From: Callorhinchus milii
Lineage: Eukaryota
Reading direction: 5' to 3'
Assembly (NCBI RefSeq): GCF_018977255.1
Contig: NW_024704891.1
Coordinates: 1 to 64,000, forward strand
DNA: 64,000 nt
Shown piece after piece: positions 48,839-62,065 of this stretch. The notes beneath the pieces were generated by a model, which was not told the DNA's origin, ran no database searches, and saw only the letters and a list, made by a program, of their open reading frames with translations. Every line of letters starts with the position of its first letter. The stretch's first letter is position 1. Made by a program: the position numbers and the translations under genes.

Positions 48839-50310
48839 CACACTGTTACAGGAAGGCAGATTCCCCGTACAAAAACTCAGCAGGCAGTCATATCTTGCTC
48901 TCACACATTTCACTTGGTGCCTTCAACAGACTGACAAACTTATGCAATGATAACAGGGAGGTTGGTGTAGCTCAGTGGTTATAGCTCACGCCTCACAAGC
49001 GACTGATGCTGTTTCAATTGCCAGCAGAACAAAACGTTGTGCAAATTTCCTTATTCCACACACCCGTCTCTGTTTGCAAGCAGTAAGTAGCAAGCAGGTT
49101 GTTAATCGATTGGCGGTTCGATTTTCCAGAGGTAATAATGCATTCGGAATAAAAGTGTTGAGAATAAATTGGACACAATGGGACAGCGATGCGTTCAATT
49201 TGTTACCGTGCTTTACACTCACAACGTACAGTCATTCCGTTTACTGTATATTGAAAGAAGCACTGTGCGGTGTCTCGAATATATGATATCGCACTATATA
49301 AAACGCAACTATTATTATTATCATTGTAATTAACTGTAGTCATGTTACCATCCAAGCAGTAAATCAATAAAAATCTATTGCTTTCTGGGGAGCGCTGCCA
49401 CATGCAAGTTCGTTTCCATGCTGCTTTAGTAAGTAAGAAAATATCAAAACATACAAGTTCCATTTATGTTGTTTACACAAAAAATATTAAATCTATTTAT
49501 AGAGAAACTGTTTCCTCTGGTGGATGGTGGAATGCATAACAATGGTGCATTAGAGCCAGTCCTGTTAGCAGTGAAATGGGAAGATCCAAATTACGAAACA
49601 TTTGAATAAATCAGGAAAACTTCCACAAAGAATCTGAGGATGTTTTTTCCATTTGTATTTTCCAGACTGAGTTGGATGCATTTATTTTATCTCAGAATTT
49701 GAAAGGGTACGGAGAAAAGGCAGGAATGTAAGTTGAGGGATAGATCAGCCATGATGTAATCTAACGTTGGAACAGGCTCAAGGAGCTGATATCCTCCTCG
49801 TATTCCTATTCAACACTTTCCACGTAGGGGAGCGACTTGGCGAGTCACTAAAGAAGGAAAACATTTTTGTGTATTTACGATATAGAAGAATGAACATTAA
49901 TTTAAGTTTTAGGTCTGGAGAACACATTTACCTTGGGACGTCCTCCAGACATGAAACAGCATTACCTAATTGCCAGTCTTCTGTTATTCTGTTGTAAAAT
50001 GCTCAAAGTCAGCTAAGTGTTTAGTCAAATAATATAATCGATGAAGTAAAACGGCACGGAATTGAATTAAAATTGGAGAGCAAGTGGGGCAGCGAGTATT
50101 TGCACTGAGACACGTCAAGTTAAGAGAATGTGAATGACATTTTACTCGAGTGTTCCAGGCAAGAACAGAAAATATAAGGAAAGATCGTGGAAATGAGACT
50201 AATGTATAAAATTTCAGTGTTCAAGACGCCACCAAGGAAAGGCAAGACGGGCCCAAAATAATTATGCTATGAAACCTCTCCAATCGAATACGTGCTCTAG
50301 CGACAATCCA

Positions 50311-50422
50311 CTAGCAGATGTCATACTAAACGAACACATATAACAAATGAACTGCAACTCACATAAGTTGTCAAGTTCCTTTCTGTAAGTAACTTCCTTT
50401 GCAAAGGTAACAGCTGCTTCCT
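50311..50422 (+). promoter_or_regulatory. Module copy 8 (CTCF core decayed, E-box/ETS intact)
   Basis: CTAGCAGATGTCAT at 50311; CAGCTG 50411-50416 + CTTCCTG. Confidence 0.45.
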
Positions 50423-51583
50423 GTTGCATTTCACATAGTTAACTCATACACACTATTGCTGCTTCAACTGACATTTACAAATATTTACCTAAAGTATTAA
50501 TACAAGATTTAGGTTGCTCAAGTAACAATTTCTATCGCACATATTCTATATTGTTCCATTTTTCCCCAAATAGCAGCCGCTGCTAAATTGTATTCCCTAC
50601 TATATAGCAATTCTCTCTTGAAAGTTGTTAGATTATCGGCTTCTGCCACCCTTTCAGGCAATGCGTGCAAGATCAATATAACTCGCCGTGCGAAAAAAAA
50701 GTACTTATCCCCTCCTCACCTTATGTTCAGGCAACTACACTGAACGTGAATATTAAGCTATTTAATAAGTTTATTACCATATAATTAAAAAAGATCATTG
50801 ACATTTCATCCCGCAACTGAAACATTCAAAAGCAACCGAAGTGCTCACTGTGTAAAATATATTGGATTAATTTCTGATGTTCTGTGTTGACACACCAGAG
50901 CTGGCCTGGCTGTCGGGTTAGCTTTTCCTACCAAGGAGATATTAAACCCAGGTCCAGGCGGCTTGCATGAAGGGAGTGTAATGATACCATTGCACTACTT
51001 GAGAAAGAACAAGGTTTCTATCTATAGACTTTCCATTGGTAAAATGCATCTTTCATTCGTAGCTATTTGTGGGACAGTGTTGTATACAAATTGGAGGCTA
51101 AACTGACAAATTCGGTACTTGATATTATAACTTGCGAGGAACTTTGAGGCGAACCGACGAAATGACAAGACTGCATTTGATCTAACAATTTCTCAAGCAC
51201 AATTAATGAACACAATTGTAAGGGCATGTCTTATTCAACATTGTAATAATAACGCTAATAAATGTAAATGTTGCATTTGATATACTGCCATATTACGTCA
51301 TTGAGACGTCTCAAACGTGTGGGCGGGGCGCTGTAAAACAACGGCAGAGATTGGGCGATGCGGCTCAGTGCGGGCGGGGCAGGACTGAGAGACGTTGCTC
51401 TGTGGGCTTGACATTGGCTGTGTGGGCGGGGCAGTGACTGAGTGACGTAGCTTTGTGGGCGTGGCAGTGGCTGTGTGGGCGGGGCTCTGTGTGTGGGCGG
51501 GGCTGTGACTGTATGGCTACTGAGCCCCAAAGCCCCATCAGTCCACATTGGGGAGATAATGTCAGACACGGGATCAGGTGCTC

Positions 51584-52358
51584 ATGTGGGAGACATGTGC
51601 TGTGCTCTCAATCACTCTCAGCTTACTTTGCCGTTAGTAACTTTGTATACATTCTTTTTCTAATATCTTGTTATACCTTTTGCCGCATTATAATATTAAT
51701 AATCATTGCATTTGATATAGTGTCTTATCCTTTATTCGAGCCGATTGTGCACAGCAGTTTTCTTCAAATAATCATGGATTGAATGACCAAATTATTAACT
51801 GTTTCATTATTGATTCATTATTGAAGGGCTAATTACCCCTGGAAAAGAGAGGCGCCAATCGACTGGTAAACGTGTTCCTATTTACTGCTTCTTAAACAAA
51901 GGCGTATGGAATAGGGGAAATTTCCTCAGCTTTCCCCTGTCCTGATATCAAAGCCACATAACTCTTGCTTCTGAGGCGAATGCTCTCACCAATACACTAC
52001 AGTCTCCATATTAAACAAACTTGCTGCTCAACAATGTTTTCTTTTAAATCTCAGGAAACAGCCTGCAAGACATTGGGAATCAACCGATTGCTGAAATATC
52101 AGTTGAAAAGGCTAAAGATGTGAAATTATCCTGCACCTTAAAGAAAATAAGTGATGCGTACGGTCTCTTTTGGTATCGACAAGCCTCCAGGAACGCTCCT
52201 GTCTACGTACTTTACTCTGTTGGAAGGAATGATTACAGGAGCCCTGAATTCCCAGATCGATTCTCCGCCAAAGTAAATGAAACGATTGAAGATTTCGAAC
52301 TGAGTATTGGCAACGTCCTGATCGGGGACAGTGCCGTGTATTACTGCGCCAAAGAGCC
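51584..52358 (+). CDS. TRAV: TCR V segment V16 (MWE family)
   Basis: Leader 51584-51632; V exon 52055-52358; RSS CACACTG 52359-52365, 23 bp, ACAAAAACT 52389-52397. Confidence 0.88.
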
Positions 52359-53061
52359 CACACTGCTGCCGAGCTATGGCGGCTCCGTACAAAAACTGCA
52401 ACCGGTTCATTTGCTGCTCAACCGCGAGGGGGAGCCATTGCATCAAGTCAAATTTAAACAACATTTATATCTGTTGACTTATGTAGTCCTGTGCTATATT
52501 GGTTTGACCTTAGCTATTTCAGCTCTTAAGCGTGAAGACTTGGGTTTGATTCCCGGGTGGGACGAAATATTGGGCAGATTTCTTTGCTCCACACACATAC
52601 CACTGCCTTCCTATCAGTTGTAGGAACACGTTTGTCATTCGAATAGCGTATCGCTTTACCAGGAGTAGCAATTCCTTAAAATTTATAACAACAATTTGGT
52701 AACTCAATCGTTTACTCTTTGTGTGCAATAGACTGTCACGTTTCAACTGTCACAATCACAATGTCGTTGCGATACATAATATAATATAACATAATTTTTA
52801 TTTTGCCTCTCTCTATCTCGCAGAAGCAGGAACACGGTTGATTGTCTCTTCGCTGTTCGCTTTACCAGAATTAATAATCACTTAAAAAAAACACAAGTTG
52901 GTCCCTGGAAATATGAACACTCGTGTGCACTAGACGACGCGCTTCGCCTTCAGTAATCTCTGTACATCATAACGCAGCACATAATATTCTGCGAAACGCT
53001 TTCTGTCGTCCCAATGGCAGTATACGGCGCTTTATCACATGCAATCATAAATATAATCATC

Positions 53062-53290
53062 ATTATAATAATAATAATAATAATCCTTGCATTTGATAGA
53101 GCGATTTTCACGTCGGGAGGACGTCCCAAAGCGCTTCACAGAACACACTGTAAAGTGAATTGACTGTATATTTGTGGGCGAATGCGGCAGCCAATTGCGC
53201 ACAGCAATGTCCCACAAACAGTCGTAGATTGAAAATGACCAATTTATTATTGTTTTTGGATATCGAGGGATTATTATTAGGCTCTGTCTA
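53062..53290 (-). mobile_element. tRNA-derived SINE, reverse, head missing
   Basis: Reverse complement of the young SINE tail and body, ending at ..aggctctgt. Confidence 0.8.
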
Positions 53291-53960
53291 ATAATTATTA
53301 TTATCAAGATCTGGGCTCATTCCTCAGGACATCTGGACGTACAGCTCAGTGGTTAGAGCACTCGCCTCGCAAGAAGGAGACATCGGTTCGATTCTTATTC
53401 GGGCAAAATTTTTCGGCACTTATCCTTACTCAACACGGTTTGGTTTAACATTGCAGTGAATAGTAACCCGGTTGCTACTCAGATGGCTGATAGATTTCAC
53501 TGGTAATATTTCCTTAAAAAAGGGCTAAGTAAGTCATTCAAGCCACAATATTTGTGGGCGACGTATGTCGTAATTATCTGCCGCACTGTCCCACAACTTA
53601 TGCAGTCAATTAACTTTACAGTATACTCCATGAAGCGCTTTAAGACGTCTCAATGACGAGATAAGGCGGTATATGGGTTATTGTTATTTTTACCTTTGTC
53701 TGCTTCAGTCTTTGTAACTCGCTCCCTCTACACTGTCTCTTTCACACATTACTGTGGTTTGCCACTGCGAGGCGGAGGGAATCTGAACATAAAAGAGGAG
53801 TCGCAATACATCTCCAGCAATGAACAGAGACAGAGTAATGACGCGGGGATAAGAGTCAACGTCTCAAGTGAACCAACGTTTATCCACAAGTCGCTGACTT
53901 TAGATGATTTCTGGTTGCAATTCATCAGGTTATATTGACGTGAATCGAAGAGAGTCGAGA

Positions 53961-54420
53961 ATGAAGCAGAATTTCAGCGCAACGTATATTATTTTGAATT
54001 TAACAATAAAGCTTTGGTGTAAGTAGTGTATGAATTTGTATAAAAAAATTCTTTTTTACCTGCAAAATAATTACAGTTTATCGCGGCCAGACACTATCTT
54101 AATTCCTTTGCGAGTATGTTCATTTCTGCTTTCTTTCCAGGTGCCTTGGCTGAAAGTGATGTTTCACAGTCACCTCAGGCCGTGACAGGGAATGAAAATG
54201 GAAACGTATCTATGGAGTGCAACACCACTGTGTCCGGCCCAACCTTTCATTGGTACACACAGTATGGAAACGGCTCCATCCGGTTCTTGGTTTTGGGAAC
54301 AAGAGACATCAGTGAGAATGACAGGATAAGCGCTTTGGCTAATACAAGACAGAGAAACTGCACTCTAATAATCCAACACCTGCGAGTGTCAGACACCGCG
54401 ACTTACTTCTGTGCGGCGAG
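53961..54420 (+). CDS. TRAV: TCR V segment V17 (MKQN family)
   Basis: Leader 53961-54018; V exon 54141-54420; RSS CACAGTG 54421-54427, 23 bp, ACAAAAACA 54451-54459. Confidence 0.9.
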
Positions 54421-55909
54421 CACAGTGCTCCGTGTCTAAGAGGGACCTGTACAAAAACATTCTATGTTTACTGTCGCTCAATGTTCAGAGCATTCGCCTC
54501 GCAAGCGAAGTAAATGGGTTCGATTCCCGGCAGGACAAAACGTTGGGAAAGTTTCCTTACTCCTCACGACTCTGTATATCCCTCAGTAAGTAGGATCTTG
54601 GCTGTTAGTCGATTAGCGGATCGCTTTTCCTGGAGCAACAATACCTTAACAAAATAAAAAAAAAACGGTTACCGATCATATCACTGTCAGTGTGACACCG
54701 TTGTGCGACATTGACGTAAGAGTTAAATCCACAAAACAAACAATTTCGGCCGTAATAAAAACAGTCACTGCAGTTTAAGTTATTACCGTGAAACGCTTTG
54801 AGTCGTCTAGAAGAAGTGATATGACGAAATATCAATAGGAAAGCTTATGATTATAAGGCACAGTTTTTACGCGGATACTCAAAATCAGGGAGATGGTTTT
54901 CCTCGTGTGCCAGACACACATTGTAGGAAAATAAATGTTAAAATAAAGAGCCGCTTTCAGCGAAATAAACAGTACAAAACCATAGCTGTGAATTGGACGA
55001 GTAAATGTATGTTTTGTACCCAAACTGCTGTAACCCATAAGCCAAGAGCGGAAAGGGGCATGAAGGACACTTGCAATTAAATGGGGCAGAGGCACATGGC
55101 TCCATCGCTTTCGCTTTGAACCCTCGTAATGGCTCGTTTCACCTCGTTATTAAATCGACACCCGGGGATGTGAAGCCAACACACATTAGTTCTATATCGA
55201 GGCATCTGCACACACTCAGGTCCACTGAATCCGTCGTCCTAACTTAGTTTGACTGTCTGTATCATAGCAAACCTTAACGTTTGGAACAGCGCCTTGTGTC
55301 GTCTCTGCGGTGTCGCATTGCGCTTCCTATCGTTTACTGTAATTTGTAGTGTTAAGTATGACTGTGCATTTTGAATAAGAAACGAGAATATTATCCGCAG
55401 AAAGGAAGCCGATAATCGACTAAGAACCTGGTTATTATTTACAGCAAGGTAAACAGGTGTGTTTAGGGAGTAACGAAAGATGGCCAACATTTCGCCTTGC
55501 CGTGAATTGAAGCAACATCTCCCGCTTATGTTGCAAGAGCAATAAGCATTGAGCTACAGGAGTCCACAGATGGCAAACATTTGTGGACTCATGTATGTGT
55601 TTTCGATTAACTTAAACATGGTTATAACTTGCTACAGGTGTCAGACACTCAGCTGAACTAAGACACATCAGTGATGGATGAGAACCAATGGAGCAAAGAG
55701 ACGGGAGAGCAGAGAGGATGACGCAAAGTGACAGAGACACAAGGTTTGTACATAACCCTCAGACCTGCTCCATCACTGTATATGCCAACTTCTGTATGTT
55801 GTTTCCTGTCCGGCTCTCCTCACGGTATCTTACAGCCTCCCAGGAAACATTCTCCAATTTGCACCATCAACGCTCTCTCAACGCCACTTGCCATTAAACA
55901 CATCCGACA

Positions 55910-56709
55910 ATGTGTATCTATGTGGCAGCAGTGATCATTACCTTATCAGGTAAGCGATAAACTCTCTCGTTCAGTCTGTTCCCTGCAAATAAAATCCAAT
56001 GCTTATGTTTTATTGCATACAATAACCAGTATGCGACAGGGCTTTAGCGGTCGACTGGCGGCACAGGTTAAAACCTTCGGCAAGTATCCTTACTCCACAC
56101 ACAAGCCGGTGTTGTCCTGTCAGTACGTGGGCTTCCGATTATAAGTCGATCCGCAGATGCTTTTTGTGGTGTGATAATCCCTTAAAAAGTATTACCTTTG
56201 ATAATATGTGCTCGCCATCCAGAACTCGTTAGCGGTTACTTCTGTGCGCATACGATGCGGCGCTTTGCCCAGAAAATACACTTAATGTGAATCACATGAA
56301 GCGCTTGGACATCTCCAAGCTGCGGTAAGTGGCTATATGAATTGAAAGCTTTATCAACGTGATTATAATTATGAATGTTGTTGCATTGTGTCTGTTTCCC
56401 AGGATATTGTGGAGGTGATTCGGTGACACAGCTCGAATCTGCTTTAACAGTGAATGAAGGGCAGGATGTTGCTCTGCAGTGTAATTACACAACTACAAGC
56501 AACACTCCCAATCTGTTCTGGTACCGTCACTATCCTAACAAAGCTCCAGAATATATCCTTTGGACATACGGCAGGGGCCAACCGCAACATGCAGACTTTG
56601 CAAAAGAACGTTTCTCAACGAAACTGGATGAAAGTCGTAGAACCGTCCCATTAAATATATCCCAAGTGAGAGTTACAGACTCCGCGGCGTATTACTGTGC
56701 ACTGAGCCC
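55910..56709 (+). CDS. TRAV: TCR V segment V18 (GHCGG family)
   Basis: Leader 55910-55949 (first family ATG lost, second ATG in frame); V exon 56403-56709; RSS CACAGAG 56710-56716, 23 bp, ACAAAAACT 56740-56748. Confidence 0.9.
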
Positions 56710-57121
56710 CACAGAGGCACAGATCAGCGATTCCGCCCTACAAAAACTGCCACGTGGAGTCCTGTAGCTCAGTAGTTATAGCACTCGTCTCACAAGCATC
56801 AAGCAAGCGGGATACGTGTGTTCGATTCACGGGAAAGCGCTTTGAGGCGTTTCGACGATGTGGTTTGGCACTATAATAAATGCAACGATTATTATTATTA
56901 AATATGATCATGTTATTTTCACAGAAATAGCTTCATACATTTTGCACTCTGGGGAGACCTGCACTGGAAGTGTCCTTCTCTGCTATTTCAACAAGAAGGA
57001 AACAATAAGAAACATTAACTTGCATCTACGTAGCGACATTCATAGGGGGAATGTTAAGACGGGCCGAAAATAATTTGCAATCAACTGTCTCCAAATGTAC
57101 ACATGCTGTAGCTGCATTCCA

Positions 57122-57210
57122 CCAGCAGATGTAACACGAAAAATAATATAACATGAGCTGCGACTGACATACCTTGTCACGTTCCTTTATGTAACTGACA
57201 GGTGCTTCCT
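57122..57210 (+). promoter_or_regulatory. Module copy 9 (CTCF core partly decayed, E-box/ETS intact)
   Basis: CCAGCAGATGTAAC at 57122; CAGGTG 57199-57204 + CTTCCTG. Confidence 0.45.
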
Positions 57211-58229
57211 GTTGCAGTTGACATAGTTTCCTGACATACATGTTGCTGCTTCAGCTGACGTGTAAAAACCTTGTGTAAAACATGATTGGCACAAAATTTA
57301 GATTACTCAAAGAACAGTGTTTGTGTCACATTTTAGATGTGTTGTCTTTCTCTACCAGAAGCATTCTCCCTCATGTGGATCTCACTGAGATAAAAAATGT
57401 GATAAATCTTGTTATGAGTAATATGGTCATTTATGTTTGTTTAATTTGAAAACGAGATTACAACTGACCTCGTTTAACTTAAATTAAGAATTGAAACGCA
57501 ATCTCTGATACACTGGGAGCTCAAACTGTCGATCTGGGTCCAGAACCAATAACATTCAGACACATAGGAGAAAGTACCAATAACAGATGCCGGTTTTCAA
57601 CTCAGCCTTGATAGAAAGTAAACCTTTTTTAAAGCTAGGCTGCATTGTTCAAGATCAACCAAATGAATGCATTCAGAACAGTATTGAAAATAAAAATGCT
57701 CATTTGATATACATCCATACTGCCTCTCGAAGGCGTCCTGAAGCGCTTCACAAATGCACAGTAAAGCAAATTGTTATTGGGTGAAACGCACTCCTCGCAA
57801 CCTCGCCCAGACCCACTGGCCTCCAATCCGCGGCAGATCAAGTTCAAGATCCTCATTAGAGAAAGTAACATGAAAAGCGGAAAAGTTGTTACCTCAGCCT
57901 TGATGACAGAAACTGAACCTTATTCCTTTCGGCTCTGCTGCATGGCTCAACGATTCACTTCAAATCGGTTCACTCATTAAACAATAAAATGAATTGTTGT
58001 TGTGTGATACGTGCGGCAATATTCCCATACCAACCCAGACCCATTCGCTTCAAATCGAGAGAAGATCGAGTTCAAGATCCTCTGGTTAGTGGGAAACGCC
58101 TACAATTGGAGACAGTAAACCACTGAACCCGTCAGATCAGCCGCTTCCTCACAACTTGTCACTGAAGCAGCAACACAGCGATATACAAAGGAAGAGATCC
58201 CATTATCTGTCCACACCTCAGCAGCCAAC

Positions 58230-59007
58230 ATGACAGCTCTCTGCCAGTTACTGATAGCAATCCTCACCATAGCCAGTAAGTATGTGTGGACATGCACAGC
58301 GCATGATTTTTACATCATAAACTTTCCAAAGCATAATGTTCAGAGAGGTCGCCTCACCAGCGAGAGAACCCGAGTTTGATTGCAGGGCAATGAAACCTTT
58401 CAATGCGTTTGCTTACACCTCACCAATCTGTTTCCACAGCGTTAAGTAGGAAACATGTTGACAGTCGATTCCCCGATCGTTATCTGAGGTCAATAACCCA
58501 TTATCGTATAAATCAATTGACAATAATATCGGCGAAATACTGCGGTGTTCAATTGTCTGCTCAGTTTCGCCAAAAATATAATCAATTCGCTTTGCAATAT
58601 ATTCTGTGGTTTCTTTGAGACTGATGTACTGTGCGGTAACGTGCTCTATAAAGTGGATAAAAGCAAATTATAAGTTGCTCAGAAAAATGTGTTGCTCTTG
58701 TTCTTGCAGAAGTTAGCGGGCAAGATGTTATAACCCAATATCCTCGCGAGAAAACAGAAATTGAAGGGCAAGACGTGGCACTAAACTGCAATATTTCAAG
58801 ATTGGATACTGTCTTCTGGTACAGGCAAAACCCCGGCGGAGCTCTTCAATACGCGCTCAGGATATTTACCTCTGGAACGGTAAACAAATCTCCTGATCTA
58901 CCTGAACGTTTCACTGCTGAGCTGATCAAGAAGAATAAAGTAATTAAGCTGCAGATACTCGGGGCTGTTGTGGGTGACAGCGCTGTGTATTACTGTGCCC
59001 TGGACCC
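58230..59007 (+). CDS. TRAV: TCR V segment V19 (MTAL family)
   Basis: Leader 58230-58275; V exon 58710-59007; RSS CACACTG 59008-59014, 23 bp, ACAAAAACT 59038-59046. Confidence 0.92.
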
Positions 59008-59747
59008 CACACTGTTACAGGAAGGCACATACCCCGTACAAAAACTCAGCAGAAAGTCATGACTTCCGCTCACACATTTAATTTGGTGCTTTCAACAAAC
59101 TGATGTGGTTATACAGTATTAACAAGGAGAGTGGTGTAAACAGGCTGTGCTGTCTTGTTGTGTATGGGATTAAGCAGTCGTTTTGCAAGCTGGGGGAACC
59201 GGTTTCTTTGGAAAAAAACGCTTTTTCCTGCCAGCAGACAGCGGTTGAACATAACAACAAAAGAGAACTAATGCACCAGAATGTAGCCCAAAATAGATAT
59301 ACCTCACCAAGTCTTGTCTCTTGCCTGTCAGCACCTCGTAATCTGTTAAATTAAGCAAACACTATGCGTTCCTCCAGGGAGAAAGAGAAAATTCGTTTCC
59401 ATAGGCACATTTACACGCGAAGATGGCATATATATGTGGAACTGATGTATGTGTTTTCGTGAACTGGAATATGGGTGTAACTTGGTGCAGACACACTGCT
59501 CAACAAAGACATGTCACTGATGGAAGAGAACCATTGGATGAGTGAGATGGCAGAGCAGAGAAGGTGACGCACAATGACAGAGACACAAGGTTTGTACATA
59601 ACCTTCAGACCTGCTCCCTCACAGTATATGACAACTTCTGTATGTTTTTTCCTGTTTAGCTCTCCTCACGGTATCTTACAGCCTCCCAGCCAACTTTCTC
59701 CAACTACACCATCAACGCTCTCACAACGTCCCGTGACATTAATACAT

Positions 59748-60596
59748 ATGACAATGTATGTCTATGTGGTAGCAGTGATCATTACCTTGTCAGGTAAGCG
59801 ACAAACTCGCTCTATTAGTCTGCTTCATGTGCATATTATCCAATGAATATATATTTTTGCATTACATAACCAATACGGTACACGACTCATGCATTCCTGC
59901 AGCAAACGTGTTGACTTGGGTTTAGTTCCCGGCTTGGACATAGCGAAACCTCAGGCAAGTTTCCTTCCTCCACACACGCACCACTTTTTACATCGAGATA
60001 TGTAGGTACCCGTTCGATTGTCGATCGTCGGATCAGGTTTAGGTGTTAATAATCGCTTAACGGGAACCAGTGATAATAATTCTATCAGTCATTCCATGAC
60101 TTTTTATTAGGAAAATGCTGTGCGCAATTTGTTGCCACGTGTCGCCCACACAATACACATTCTCAGAATATTCTATTAAGCATTTGGAGACGCATTGATG
60201 TAGTATGGCGCTGTATGAAAAGCAATAATTTGTACTGGGATTATTGTTATGGTATTGAACGCTGATATGGGTCTGGTTCCCAGGACATTGTGGAGGAGAC
60301 GCTGTAACACAGCTCCAATCTACTGTGACAGTGACTGAAGGGGAGGATGTTTACCTGCAGTGCAATTATACAGCTACAAGCGAATACAATACCTATCTGT
60401 TCTGGTACCGTCACTTTCCCAACAAACCTCCAGAATATATCCTTAGCACAGACACCAACAACAGGATCAAGAACGGCGCGGACTTTGCAGAAGAACGTTT
60501 CTCAACGAATGTGTCTAAAGCGGAGAGAACCGTCCCATTAAATATATTGCAAGTGAGAGTTACAGACTCCGCGGGGTATTACTGTGCACTGAGCCC
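59748..60596 (+). CDS. TRAV: TCR V segment V20 (GHCGG family)
   Basis: Leader 59748-59793; V exon 60284-60596; RSS CACAGAG 60597-60603, 23 bp, ACAAAAACT 60627-60635. Confidence 0.92.
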
Positions 60597-60905
60597 CACA
60601 GAGGCACAGATCAGCGGTTCCGCCCTACAAAAACTGCCATGTGGGGTCCTGTGGCTCAGTGGTTACAGCACTTGCCTCACAAGCGATAGACGTTGGTTCA
60701 ATGACCTGCAGAACGAATCATTGCGCAACTTTCCTTATTCCACACACTAGTCTCTGGTTACCAGCAGTAAATAGGAAGCAGGTTGTTAATCGGTTGGAGT
60801 ATCGATTTTTCAGAGGCAATAATTCCTTCTGAATAATAGTGTTAATAATAAATTGGTCACTTCATCCAATGAGTCACCGATAATTACAATTTGCTGCCGT
60901 GCTTC

Positions 60906-60983
60906 GCCCACACAGCCACTGCCACGCTACGTCACTCAATCACTGCCCACACAGCCACTGCCACGCTACGTCACTCAATCACT
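60906..60983 (-). repeat. 2 x 39-bp insertion
   Basis: GCCCACACAGCCACTGCCACGCTACGTCACTCAATCACT twice; absent at the paralogous site 21641-21660. Confidence 0.9.
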
Positions 60984-62065
60984 GCCCTCACAATATGCAG
61001 TCAATTCGTTTACTGTATATTGAATGAAGCACTGAGTGGCGTCTCGAAGATGCGATATGGCGCTATATCAAATGCAACTATTATTATTAATGTTATTAAC
61101 TATAGTCATGTTATCATCAAAGTGGTAACTAAAAATGTCTTGCTTTCTGGGGAGCGCTGCCACATGTACGATTCTTTCTATGCTGCATTAGTAAGTAAGT
61201 AAACATCAAAACAAACAATTTCCGTTTAAATTGCTTAAACAAAAACTATCTGTAGAGAAACTGTTTCTTCTGGTGGTTGGGGGAATGCAGAATAAGGGTG
61301 CATTAGAGCCAGTCCAGTTAGCAGAGAAATTGGGGGAAAAAAATTAGGAAAAATTTAAGGAAATCTGGAAAACTTCCACAAATATTCTGGAAATCTTGGT
61401 TCCATTCACATTTTCCAGACTGAGTTGGATACATTTATTTTAGCTCAGAATATCAAGGGTTACGAAGAAAAGGTTAGAATATGTGTTGAGAGATAAATCA
61501 GCCATAATGTAATATAACGTTGGAACAAACTCAAGGACCTGATGGTCTGCTCCTATTCCTATTTAGCGCTTTCCACGTATGGGAGCGTTCTTGGCGAGTC
61601 ACTGAAGAAACGAAACAATTTAGTGTATTGAAGTTAAAGAAGAATGTACATTAAATTTCATTTAAAGACTAGTGAGCACATTTGCATTGCGACGTCCTCC
61701 TGACGTGAACCGACTTGAATAAATATCAATATGTTATCACTCTGGTGCAAAATGCTCCAAGTCAGCTAATTGTTCAGTCAAATGATATAATCGATGAAAT
61801 AATAAGACAAGGAAATGAATAGAAATGGAGGAGCAAGTGGCGCAGCAAGTGTTAGCAGAGAGACACGTCAATGTAAAAGAATGTGAATGACACCGAATAT
61901 CCGAATGTTCCAGAGAGGAAGATAAAATATGGGGAACGAGCAGGGAAATTAGACTAATGCATAAACTTCCTATGGAGAAGATAGCACCAAGGAAAGGCAA
62001 AACGGGCCCAAAATAATTATGCTTTGAAACCTCTCCAATTGTGTACGTGTTGTAGCTGCAATCCA

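Noticed and set aside
5366-60635. IgH-like V, NAR-TCR V or leaderless supporting V-delta, and D/J/C segments
   Set aside because: Every complete V has its own leader and a single 3' 23-RSS; I saw no WVRQ..GKGLEW motif, no 12-spacer RSS and no FGxG J motif. This was by eye and not exhaustive.
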